Shown: positions 46,727-55,997 of the stretch, one piece after another
Layout: each line of letters begins with the position of its first letter
Numbering within the stretch: the stretch's first letter is position 1
NCBI GenBank assembly: GCA_963803915.1
Contig: CAWDOL010000015.1
Location: 140,013-204,012 of the forward strand
DNA length: 64,000 nucleotides
Direction: 5' to 3'
Source of the DNA: Candidatus Aminicenantes bacterium
GTDB taxonomy: Bacteria; Acidobacteriota; Aminicenantia; Aminicenantales; UBA4085
The notes under the pieces: generated by a model
Database searches by the model: none
The model's input: only the letters and a program-made list of their open reading frames with translations
What the model was told of the DNA's origin: nothing
Translations under genes and position numbers: made by a program

Positions 46727-47757
46727 AGCCGCCCATCAAAGCCCCCGTCGTTTTCAAGGTAACGGACTACGTCGAGCGCGATCTTGCTTGGGAGAAAGCC
46801 GAGTGCAAAAACCTCGGCATCAAGCTCGCCGCCTACCAGCTCAAGACGGCCCCGGCGGCCGAGATCGTGGCCAAGGTCAGGGACGCCGACATCGTGCTCG
46901 TCAACATGGCCGCGTTCAGGGAGGACGTCATCTCCAAGCTGAAGCGGACCAAGCTTGTCATCCGCCACGGCATCGGCTACGACAACGTCGACGTGGCGGC
47001 CTGCACCCGGCAGGGCATCGTCTTCGCCAACGAGGCCACAGCCTCGAGCGAGGATGTGGCCGAGCATGCCCTGATGCTCATGCTGGAGGCCTATCGCAAG
47101 AAGCGCGTCCAGGACGAGATGCTCAAGGACTGGATCCGGACAGGCGTCTGGAGCTCCGAAAAGATCCATCCGCTCTTCCGCCTGGCGGGCAAGACGATCG
47201 GCATCGTCGGTTGCGGCAACATCGGTTCGCGAGTCTTCAAAAAGATTCAGGGCTGGGGCACGAAGGTTCTGGTCAGCGACCCCTACCTCCCGAAGGAAAG
47301 GAAGGATGAGCTGGGGATTGTCCATACGCCCCTCGAGGTCCTCTTAAAGGAATCGGACATCGTCACCATCCATGTCCCGGTGACGCCGGAGACGCGGGGC
47401 GTGTTCGATGCCGCGCATCTGGCCCTCATGAAGCCGACGGCCGTCCTCGTCAACACCGCGCGCGGGCCGATCATCAAGACGCAAGACCTCATCAGGGCTC
47501 TCAAGGCCGGGAAGATCGCGGGCGCGGCGCTGGACGTCTTCGAGGAGGAGCCGCCGAAGCCCAAGCTCGAGCTCTTCAAGATGAAGAACGTCATCCTCAG
47601 CCCTCACGTCGCCTGGTACAGCGAGGAAGGGGGGCTTGATATCCGCCGCATGATCATGGAGGACGTCCGGGCCTTCCTGGCCGGCCGTCTGCCCCGTTTT
47701 GTCATCAACCCTGAAGTCCTCCAAAGCGCCGTCCTGCGCTATCCCTTAAAGAAATAA
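46723..47757 (+). CDS. D-isomer-specific 2-hydroxyacid dehydrogenase (CtBP/PGDH-like)
   Basis: 344 aa with an ATGA overlap with the upstream gene. Motifs GIVGCGNIGSRV, VTIHVPVTPETRG, NTARG and SPHVAW. Confidence 0.85.
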   Translation: MKPPIKAPVVFKVTDYVERDLAWEKAECKNLGIKLAAYQLKTAPAAEIVAKVRDADIVLVNMAAFREDVISKLKRTKLVIRHGIGYDNVDVAACTRQGIVFANEATASSEDVAEHALMLMLEAYRKKRVQDEMLKDWIRTGVWSSEKIHPLFRLAGKTIGIVGCGNIGSRVFKKIQGWGTKVLVSDPYLPKERKDELGIVHTPLEVLLKESDIVTIHVPVTPETRGVFDAAHLALMKPTAVLVNTARGPIIKTQDLIRALKAGKIAGAALDVFEEEPPKPKLELFKMKNVILSPHVAWYSEEGGLDIRRMIMEDVRAFLAGRLPRFVINPEVLQSAVLRYPLKK

Positions 47758-47771
47758 GTCCGGCCCGACTT

Positions 47772-48986
47772 TCAATACGCTATAACCGAATACCCGAATC
47801 GCTTGACATATTTATAGCCCTCGACTTCGGCAACGGCGTAGGCCTTCCCGTTGACGAAGGCCAGCTGGCCGACGGGGATCGTGGTCTCGAACCGGCCGAT
47901 GTAAACACCCTGGCCGTCGAAAAGGTCGATCATCGAAGACTCCAACGTCGAATCCTCGATCACGAAATACCAGCCGTTGTCCATGGGGGCGCAGTATCGA
48001 TAAGCCGGAAGAATTTTCGGGTACGTCATCGCCTTCCGGACATCGTCCTTAAGGGCCATGTTGCTCTGGCTGCTGGCCAGAAATTCCATCACCGAGGTTT
48101 CGAAATAGTGTTCCTTGTGCGCCTGCGTGACCGGCTTGGGGCTGTCGTCTTTTCGGATGATCAGCCTCGCCGCTCCGTCATCCCCGAAGAATTTTATCTC
48201 GTAAGTCGCGGGAAAGGCGATGATGATCCGTCCATCGCGCGTCACTGTGGGGTTGAGGACCGGCTTGAAGGCCGTATCGCTCATGATGCCGGCCAGCATC
48301 TTGGCCCGGTCGGAGGGGTCCGTCGGAGTCCGCATTTGGAGCTTTTCACGATGGAACTCGGTCTGCAGCTTGAAATCCTTGTCGAATAGTCCATAGACGG
48401 TGGCGAAGGTGACGTTGCCCGCAGCCTCCTCGCGATTTCCCATGGTCGAAGAAAAATACATCCCGTTCGGAAGCAGGAACACGGCCCCGGCCTGGCGTCC
48501 CGTCTTGATCATGTCCGAATAGCGCCCGCTTTCCTTGTCGAAAAACAGGATGCGATTCGCGACGATGTCGGTAGCATAGATGTGGCCTTTACCGTCGAAT
48601 TCGGGCGCCCAGATGTTCTGGAACTCGCCCGGTCCCTGCCCCTGGCGTCCCATGGTCAGAAGATACTTCCCCGCGGCGTCGTATTTCTGAATCTGCTTGC
48701 GGTCCCAGTTGACGACGTAGATGGCCCCCTTTTCGTCGGCCGCGCATTGGATGTTTTTCTCGAATAGGTAATGCTCGTCCCCTTCGGCCTGACCAATCGT
48801 CAGTTCTTCCTTGAAGACGATCTTTTTGCGTTGTCCTGGCGGCAAGGCGGGCTCTTTAGGATTATTGACGATCCTTGGCGCGGCCGGCGGGCCGGTTTGC
48901 GAATCGGTGCCTGCGGAAAATCCCCCCGCTCCCACTGTCAGCGCCAAAACAACAAGAGATGCCCACATCGGACCAATCCTTTTCAT
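47772..48986 (-). CDS. Six-bladed beta-propeller-like secreted protein
   Basis: The ATG at 48986 is preceded by GGAGG. Signal peptide. Repeated short-strand blades (..YVVNWDRKQIQKYD.., ..IYATDIVANRILFFD..). No catalytic motif recognised. Confidence 0.55.
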   Translation of the reverse strand: MKRIGPMWASLVVLALTVGAGGFSAGTDSQTGPPAAPRIVNNPKEPALPPGQRKKIVFKEELTIGQAEGDEHYLFEKNIQCAADEKGAIYVVNWDRKQIQKYDAAGKYLLTMGRQGQGPGEFQNIWAPEFDGKGHIYATDIVANRILFFDKESGRYSDMIKTGRQAGAVFLLPNGMYFSSTMGNREEAAGNVTFATVYGLFDKDFKLQTEFHREKLQMRTPTDPSDRAKMLAGIMSDTAFKPVLNPTVTRDGRIIIAFPATYEIKFFGDDGAARLIIRKDDSPKPVTQAHKEHYFETSVMEFLASSQSNMALKDDVRKAMTYPKILPAYRYCAPMDNGWYFVIEDSTLESSMIDLFDGQGVYIGRFETTIPVGQLAFVNGKAYAVAEVEGYKYVKRFGYSVIAY

Positions 48987-49050
48987 GTTGGCTCCTCCCA
49001 TCCGGCCCTACGGATTCCTCGGCCCAAGGATATCTTAGCTTATGTCGGGC

Positions 49051-49758
49051 CTATCGCAGGAGGCCGAAAGCAATGGCCAGAAAGCTCGGGCCGTTGATGC
49101 CGCCATGGAGGATGACGCCCAGCCAGGAGTTCTTGGTTCTCTGGACGATGTAGGATTGGATGAAGATCAACGGGATCAGGGTGATGAGCAGCTGCCAGCC
49201 GAATGCGGCGTGAAACAACGCCCAGCCCAGGCCGTGGACGATCCAAGCCCGCTTGCCGAAGGCGAGCTCCTGGCGGGGCAGCATCACGCCGCGCCAGAGG
49301 ATCTCCTCGCCGAGGATATTCAGAATCCAATAGGGCGCCCAGACCAAAAGCAGCCAGTACCGGCCCGCGCTCAGGGGCTCGAATGCCATGAAGGGCGGCG
49401 TGGTATCGAACGAGCCGGCGATAAGCTCGGCCGCCTTCATCACCAGGACGCTGCCGACGCCGACCGCGAGGAAACCGCCAAGAGCCCAGGCCAGGTCTTT
49501 ACCCGAAATCCGGCGGAACCTCATCCGCTCAACCCAGGTCCGCTTGGACAGCCGAAATCCTTCTCCTTTGAGGATTAAAACGGCGGTAATGATGAGCGGG
49601 ACGAACACGCCGAGTCCGGCCAGCAGGAACCAGGCGAAAATCGTCTCCTGGCCCGTCTTGCGGCTGAACCAAGGGATGGCAAAAGCCGTGATGACATAGA
49701 GCAGCAGCGCCGCGGGAACATAGACGGCCAGCGAACCCGACCAACCGAGCTTTCTCAT
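49051..49758 (-). CDS. CPBP family intramembrane glutamic endopeptidase (CAAX protease-like)
   Basis: 235 aa, polytopic. Motifs GEEILWRG (EExxxR), ALFHAAF (FxxxH) and ILHGGINGP (HxxxN). Confidence 0.8.
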   Translation of the reverse strand: MRKLGWSGSLAVYVPAALLLYVITAFAIPWFSRKTGQETIFAWFLLAGLGVFVPLIITAVLILKGEGFRLSKRTWVERMRFRRISGKDLAWALGGFLAVGVGSVLVMKAAELIAGSFDTTPPFMAFEPLSAGRYWLLLVWAPYWILNILGEEILWRGVMLPRQELAFGKRAWIVHGLGWALFHAAFGWQLLITLIPLIFIQSYIVQRTKNSWLGVILHGGINGPSFLAIAFGLLR

Positions 49759-49822
49759 GCTTTAAGCTTCTCGATAGAAGGCGCTCCTTGCCCGCCCTTC
49801 CCGAGAAATATCATAAATCCGA

Positions 49823-49838
49823 TGCCGATCAATCGGCA
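49823..49838 (-). terminator. Weak hairpin downstream of the tricorn-like gene
   Basis: TGCCGA-TCAA-TCGGCA (6-bp stem). On the minus strand it is followed by TCGGATTTAT. Lies about 65 nt after the stop at 49902. Confidence 0.2.
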
Positions 49839-49901
49839 AGTTTGCCATGTCCCTGCGAGACCAAGTTAGGATGATTCCGGTGAAGGATTTCGTGGCCGAG
49901 A

Positions 49902-52900
49902 TCAGTTCTTCGGTTTGGCGGCAAGCCGCTTCATCAGCTCCGCGACCGCCGCTTTCAGCTGCCGATCGATGCCGGCGGCTACTTCCTCCGGCCGGTTGCC
50001 GACCTCGATATCGGGCGCGATGCCTTCGTTCTCGATCGTCCCCTTGCCCTCCGCGGGGTAGACGAGCACACCGCCGTCGATAAGCCGCATGCCTCCGGTG
50101 GAGGCCAGGCTGCCCGCCGTCCGCAAGCCGATGATGGGGCCCATGTCCCACTGGCGGAAGATGGCCGCGAACGTCTCGCCGCTCGACTCGACGCTCTCGT
50201 TGATCAGGCAGGCCTTGATCCCGCAAAACACGGGTTCGGGCTCGGCGATCGAGGCTTTCCCGTGCGGAAGGGAAGACCGGAAGATCATCCTGCGGTTCAG
50301 TCGCTCGAGCATCCAGACGGGCGAGTATCCGCCGCTGTTGTACCGGATGTCCAGGATGATGCCTTCCTTATGAAGCAGGGCGGGGGCATGGCGGAAGAAC
50401 GCGGCGATGCCCGAGGTATACGTGTCGGGAAGATGGAGATACCCGATCCGGCCTCGCTCTCCTTGTCCACCGCATCGCGGTTGCGCGAAACCCAATCCTC
50501 ATAGCGGAGCTGATCGCCCTCGCGTTCCGAGTAAGCCGCCGGTCTTGTGGTCAGATGCCGGGCGCCCTCCAGGGTCGGCAGGGCGTTCAGTGTGACGACG
50601 ACGTCTTGTCCCGCCTTATCGAGAAGAAAGGCATCGGGATTGACGCCCTCTTGAAGGGGCTGGCCATCGATTGCCAGGAGATATTCCCCCTCCCGGACAT
50701 CCATGCCCGGGAGAGCCAGGGGGCCGATCGAATCCGGATCCCCGCTCCGCCCGCGAAAGACGTGGGCGATTTTATAGAGACGGGTCGCCGGATCCGGCTC
50801 CAGATCAATACCCAGCAGTCCGTGGCTGCGATGGACCGGGTTGGGAATATCGCCGCCGGAGATCTCCAAATGGCTGTGGCCGAGCTCGGAGAACATCTCT
50901 TCCAGGAGATAGTTAAGGTCCTGGCGGGAGGCCACATGCGGAAGCAGAGTCTCGTATCGGAGCCTGACGGCCGACCAATCGACGCCTCGCATCTTTTCGT
51001 CGTAAAAGAAATCCCGCACGATGCGCCACGCTTCCCGAAAGATCTGAGACCACTCTTTTCGGGGATCGAGACGCAGGCGCAGCCCGGAAAGGTCCAAGCG
51101 GCCGTCGTCGGCAACCCGCGCCGTCTTGAGGTCGAGAACGCTGATCCCGCCGTCTCCCCGGTAGGCGGCTACCGCCGAACGGGCCGCGGGGATCAGAAAG
51201 TAGGCGTCGCGGCTGAGGATCGTCTCCTCCTTCGAGGCCATGGCGAAAAGCTTGAAGCACGATTCGCCCCCGGCCGGAGACGATCTGTAGATCAACCCGC
51301 CCGCGACGGCCCGCAGGGAATCATAGGATGAATCCGGCACGGGCAGAGCCATGGCCCTGCCGCCCAATCCGTCGACATCGATCCGCAGCGGCGCCGCCCC
51401 GGCTTCTTCGCCGGCAGGCGCGGCGCTCTTCATCCCCGGGGCAAAAGGCGACATCGCCTCCCGCCGCAGGGTCGCCGCCACGATCGTCGAGGGGTTGACC
51501 ATGTGATGATCGCCGTCCCAGAACGAATCCTCCACATTGATTCGGCTGTCCGAAATCCAATACAGAAAAAGGCCGGCGGCGTCGAATTGCGGATTCGAGG
51601 CGTTCGCGGAGCCGTCGGTCACGCGGAAAGACCGATCCTGGTCGAGGGAATAGAGATAGACCGAGCCAAGCCAGTTGGGGTTGCCCAGAGTGTAGGTCAG
51701 CCAGCGGCTGTCGGACGACCAGGTGGCCGAGGCGAACGGCAGCGAGCCCTGATAGGCATTGAAGAAAACTTTCTTCACGGCGCGGGTCTCGAGATCGAGG
51801 ATGTAATAGGCGGCCCGATGATCGGCGAAGCCGATTTTGCGGCCGTCGGGCGACCAGCTTAAGGGGCCGATCCTTCCGGCTTCGCAGGAGCTGACCTGTT
51901 CTGCTTCCCGGCTTCCTTCCGCCCAGCCGAGATAGATCTGATCCTCCCCCGTGACGTCGGAGACATAGGCGTAGCTTCCCCCCATGGGGTTCCATTGCGG
52001 GTATCGCTCATAGGCGCCGGGCGTCCGGCTCGCATTTCGGGTGGTCTTCCGGTCGAGATCCAGGAGGAACAAGTCCCCCCTCGCGTTGAGTATCAGCTTG
52101 CGGCCGTCAGGGGAGATGGCGGGGGCTCCGGAGACGAACTTTTCGACGCTGATTTCGCTCGCTTTCGGGAGATCGGCGGACCCTGGAATTTCGATCCGGA
52201 CCGGGTGAGAGGTCCCTTTCCGGACGTCGAAAATCTGGATCTGTCCGGCGTTTTCGAAAACGATCCGGTCACCGCCCCGACTCGGCCAGCGGACGGGCCA
52301 GTCTTTGAAAAAAGTCCCCTGAAAGACCTGGCCGGCTTTGAGGTCATGCACCCATAGGTTGGGTACGCGACCTTCGCCTCTATCGCTGACGAAGAAGAGG
52401 CGATCCCCGCACCATATCGGATGGTTGTTGACGGAGGCATCGGCGATGATCCGTTCCGAGCTTCGTCCGGCTAAGTCGTACGTCCAGATTTCGGCCCCGG
52501 CTCCGCCGCGATATCCCTTGATCGGACGATCGAGGCGGGTCCGGCAGAAGGCGACCTTATCTCCGGCCGCGTTGAAGTCGGCCAGATCCGCCTCCGGCAG
52601 CTCCAGGACCTGGACCAGACCGCCCCGGGCCGGAACGCTATGGAGCCGGTTGATCCGGTAGGAAACGCTGTCGGCGTTGGAGCGGAACACAATGGTTTTT
52701 CCGTCGCGGCTCCAGTCGACGACCCACTCGTCGGCCGGATGATACGTCAGCCGCCGTGGTTTCCCGCCCGTGACGGGCATGACATAGATGTCTTTATTCC
52801 CCTCGAACTCCGCGGTGAAGGCGATCTGCCGGCCATCGGGAGAGAATTTCGGCAGGATCTCCTCGCCGGGAAAGTCGGTGAGGTGTTGGGCACTGCCGCC

Positions 52901-53092
52901 CTGGACCGATGAAAGGTAGACATCGCCTCCATGGCAAAAGACAAGGCGATCCCCATGGATGTCGGGATATCGCAGGAGCTTCGTCTCCGCGGCCAATCCT
53001 GCCGCTGCCCCTGCCCATCCCAGGCCTATCGCGAGAATCCATTTTTCGATTCCTACTAACCGCATTTGCAGACTCCTTCTGTCCTTATTCAA
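49902..53092 (-). pseudogene. Tricorn-like protease (TolB-type propellers + PDZ + S41 peptidase), one frame break near 50452
   Basis: N-terminus YPDIHGDRLVFCHGGDVYL..FSPDGRQIAFTAEFEGNKDIYVM. After ..AVDKESE the S41 domain continues in the 197-aa ORF frame (GRIGYLHLPDTY..LDIRYNSGGY..SSGETFA..). One nt is missing. Confidence 0.8.
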
Positions 53093-53198
53093 CGACGGAT
53101 ATGTGTTTAGACGTGGGCGAGAGGCTTTAAGTTGCGCCGGGCCGGAAAAGAACCAGATGTCTGGGGAGGGATTTGCCGGCGTTTCGGGAAAGGTGGAG

Positions 53199-53292
53199 CG
53201 GGAGGATGTAGGAATCGAACCTACCCGGCCCCTTCGTCAGAAGCCGCGCCGGATTTGAAGTCCGGAGGGGCCACCAGGCCCCGTGCCCTCCC
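53199..53292 (-). tRNA. selC: tRNA-Sec (anticodon UCA)
   Basis: Reverse complement: GGGAGGGC-AC-GGGGCC-TGGT-GGCCCC-T-CCGGA-CTTCAAA-TCCGG-(24-nt variable arm)-GTAGG-TTCGATT-CCTAC-ATCCTCCC-G. It has a long acceptor stem, a 6-bp D-stem with a 4-nt loop, a long extra arm and discriminator G. CCA is not encoded. Confidence 0.85.
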
Positions 53293-53356
53293 GTGGGACA
53301 AGGGATGGTATTTGGTCAGGGAACCGAAGTCAAGAAGGCTGGATCTTAAGGTGCGT

Positions 53357-54259
53357 TCACGATCGGGGAGAAGGCGGGTGGAAATGAATGTGGACTTGCC
53401 CCAATAGGTCGATATCCCTATGGAGAGTCTTTTCCAGGTGAGCCGAGAGGGCATCTCCCTCGGCAACGGTTATAGCGCCGTCAACGGCAACGGTCAGGTT
53501 GAGGACGATATAGGGGCCGAAGCGATGCGCTTTCATCTCCTCGACCGAGAGGATTCCGAGCGTTTCGGCGGCGGCGGCATCGACCTTCTTTTTCAGCTCC
53601 GGCGTGGGCACGGTATCCATAAGGTCCCCCGAGGATTCGCGCAGAATCTCGAGACCCGTTCGAAGGATCACCAGGGCCACCAAGGCCCCGGCCAGGGGAT
53701 CAAACCACGGATAGCCGCTCAGGGCCAGCAAAATACCGAGGCCGGCGGCGGCGGCGGAAAAGACGTCGTTCCGATGGTCGGCAGCCAGAGCGTGTACCGC
53801 AGGATTTCCGGTCTGCCGGGCGATCCGTTTGGTCTTCCAGCTCAACCAGATCTTCAGGCCCACGGTAAACAAGGCCGCCGCGAGGGCTCCTAGGGAAGCC
53901 TGGGCGGGCTCCGTCTTGCCGGAGAGCAGGTCGTAAACCTTGTTGGCCGCGTCCCAGAAGATGGCCACGGCTGTCGTTAAAACGAAGGAGCCGATAATAA
54001 GGGCCGCGATGCTCTCGAGCTGCCGGTGGCCGTAGGGATGCTCGTCGTCGGCAGGCTGGCGGGCTTTCCTCATGAAGACCTTGATGATGATGCCGTAGGC
54101 CACGTCGGAAGTGGAGTTGATCCCGTCGGCCAGCAGGGCGGAGCTATGGCCCAGGATTCCGAAGGTGGTCTTCAGAGCCGCCAGCCCGGCATTTGTAAAC
54201 AGGGCCAGGTTGACGGCATAGGCGTTCCGTCGATCGGCTTGCGCCGCCGCCTTGCCCAT
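53357..54259 (-). CDS. Cation diffusion facilitator (CDF) family transporter
   Basis: The ATG at 54259 is preceded by GGAGG. Motifs: HSSALLADGINSTSDVAY, DDEHPYGHRQLE, HALAADHRNDV. A cytoplasmic C-terminal domain is present. Confidence 0.85.
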   Translation of the reverse strand: MGKAAAQADRRNAYAVNLALFTNAGLAALKTTFGILGHSSALLADGINSTSDVAYGIIIKVFMRKARQPADDEHPYGHRQLESIAALIIGSFVLTTAVAIFWDAANKVYDLLSGKTEPAQASLGALAAALFTVGLKIWLSWKTKRIARQTGNPAVHALAADHRNDVFSAAAAGLGILLALSGYPWFDPLAGALVALVILRTGLEILRESSGDLMDTVPTPELKKKVDAAAAETLGILSVEEMKAHRFGPYIVLNLTVAVDGAITVAEGDALSAHLEKTLHRDIDLLGQVHIHFHPPSPRS

Positions 54260-54437
54260 ACTTCCTCCGGATGTCAGGCTGCGATGGCCTTCTTTAAATT
54301 TGAAAAGATCAGTATAGCAGAATAGAAAGTTGATTCCACAAAATGCGGTCGAGCGATAAAGGCCGGGTTGAAACCTGGGGCGTTTTTTTTTATCCGGAAG
54401 TATAATAGGCCCGGGATTTTCATCGAGGAGGGAACCC

Positions 54438-55961
54438 ATGAAAACGCCGCGAATCCTGACCTTCGTCCTCGCCCTGGGGATCGTATTTTCCGCTGCCCCT
54501 GCGAGCGGTGCGGGAAGCGAAGCGCCGGCCGGGCAGGAAGCCCAAGCAGGTACCCCCGATCATTCCGAGGTCTTTGGCATATGGCGGTTGGTTAAATTCG
54601 ACGACCGCGCCGTCGAAGACAACATCTGCCTCTACTTGTCCTCGTCGACGTGGTTCGTGGCCGTCGAGGAACGGGGGTCCGATAAGCTGATTTTCGTCGG
54701 CGGGAACTTGACCGTGAATGGCGACGAGCTCCGGCTCTTTTCCCTCGATTATGAGGCCAAGCACACGCCCTACCTCTGGCTTCCCGACAAGCTCACGGAC
54801 CTGGCCGAAAACAAAGCCGGGAAAACCTTCTTTCCCGGATGGGACTGGCTCGTCGAATTTCCGCGGTTCGAAATGAAGGGCGGCGCGTCGCTGGTCATGA
54901 GCGGCGGCCTTCCTGACGATAAAACCATCGTGTTCGAGCGCCTCGCGGCCGCGACCCCCGGCACGCTTGCGGGCGTCTGGTTGCCGCCGAAAAGCAAACT
55001 GCCTGCGGCGTTCGAAGTCCCGCTCGTGACCTGGACCCTCGGGCCGGACGGATCGTTTTCCTCGAAGAAAAAGACGCTCGGGCGGGAGGTCGAGACGACG
55101 GGCGCGTATCAGATTTTCGGCCCGTTGCTCCAAGTGAAGATGAAGGGCCAAGCCGAGGAGAATCTCTACCCCTTCGCTCTTTACACCTTATTCGACAAAT
55201 CCGGGTCGCTCCTGATGGCGAAAGCCCCCACCGGAAAATTGTGGGCTTTCTTCCGCGGAGGCGCCGCCGCAGGAGGCGGGGGAGGGACGGCGAAGCCTAC
55301 CATCGGCGGGACGTGGTCGATCGAGGACGAAAGCGGGGAAGCGCGAGTGACCTTCGCGCCCGACGGATCCTACACCCGGGAAACCCGCCGGTTGGGCGAA
55401 ATCGTCGAAAAGTCCTCGGGCAAATGGCGGGTGGAGGGCGCAACACTCGTCGTCGATGATCAGGCGGAGGGGACTTCTCGAATACCTTTCCGCCTGACCG
55501 ATCCAAGCCTGCTTGAGCTCACGATCGAAGGTACCCCGATGGTCTTTAAAAGGAAGACGGCCGCGACCGGAGGCACGGAGGGGAAAGCGACGGAAGGCGC
55601 GGGAGGAGGCGCGGCGCCCGGTGGAGAAACCAAGGGCGGGACCGCCGGTGAGGCGGGGAAGACCGACGCCGCCAAGGCGGCTTTGCAGGCCACATGGTAC
55701 GGCCCCCTCGTCAACGTCTACGGGATTCAATCGGGCGTCCTGACCCTGACCTTTCTGGCCGACGGACGTTTCGAAGGGGTCTGGTCCCTTGGAGCGGGGG
55801 CCGCGTTTCCTCAAACGGGCAAATGGAGGCTGGCGGGCAACCAGATCATTCTCGAGCACGACGCAGGAGGGGCGAACACGCTTAAGTACACCCTGGTCGG
55901 GGACGCCTTGACCCTCGATTCGTTTCCCTCGATGAGGCCCGCGACGCTCTATCGGCAGTAG
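54438..55961 (+). CDS. Hypothetical secreted protein with repeated lipocalin-like (GxW..) modules
   Basis: 507 aa with a signal peptide. Recurrent modules: FGIWRLVKFDD.., GGTWSIEDESG..GKWRVEGATLVVDD, TGKWRLAGNQIILEHD. A G/A/T-rich linker is present. Confidence 0.5.
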   Translation: MKTPRILTFVLALGIVFSAAPASGAGSEAPAGQEAQAGTPDHSEVFGIWRLVKFDDRAVEDNICLYLSSSTWFVAVEERGSDKLIFVGGNLTVNGDELRLFSLDYEAKHTPYLWLPDKLTDLAENKAGKTFFPGWDWLVEFPRFEMKGGASLVMSGGLPDDKTIVFERLAAATPGTLAGVWLPPKSKLPAAFEVPLVTWTLGPDGSFSSKKKTLGREVETTGAYQIFGPLLQVKMKGQAEENLYPFALYTLFDKSGSLLMAKAPTGKLWAFFRGGAAAGGGGGTAKPTIGGTWSIEDESGEARVTFAPDGSYTRETRRLGEIVEKSSGKWRVEGATLVVDDQAEGTSRIPFRLTDPSLLELTIEGTPMVFKRKTAATGGTEGKATEGAGGGAAPGGETKGGTAGEAGKTDAAKAALQATWYGPLVNVYGIQSGVLTLTFLADGRFEGVWSLGAGAAFPQTGKWRLAGNQIILEHDAGGANTLKYTLVGDALTLDSFPSMRPATLYRQ

Positions 55962-55997
55962 ACCGAAGGCGAGCGCGGCCGCCCGAGCAGAGGCCGG

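Noticed and set aside
25078-53198. Interpreting the 28 kb between the pseudo-selC and the intact selC as a classical selC-integrated genomic island.
   Set aside because: Its composition matches the rest of the contig and it has no integrase or excisionase. The distal copy is a full-length decayed tRNA rather than a 3' att fragment. A third selC fragment at 57693 fits segmental duplication better.
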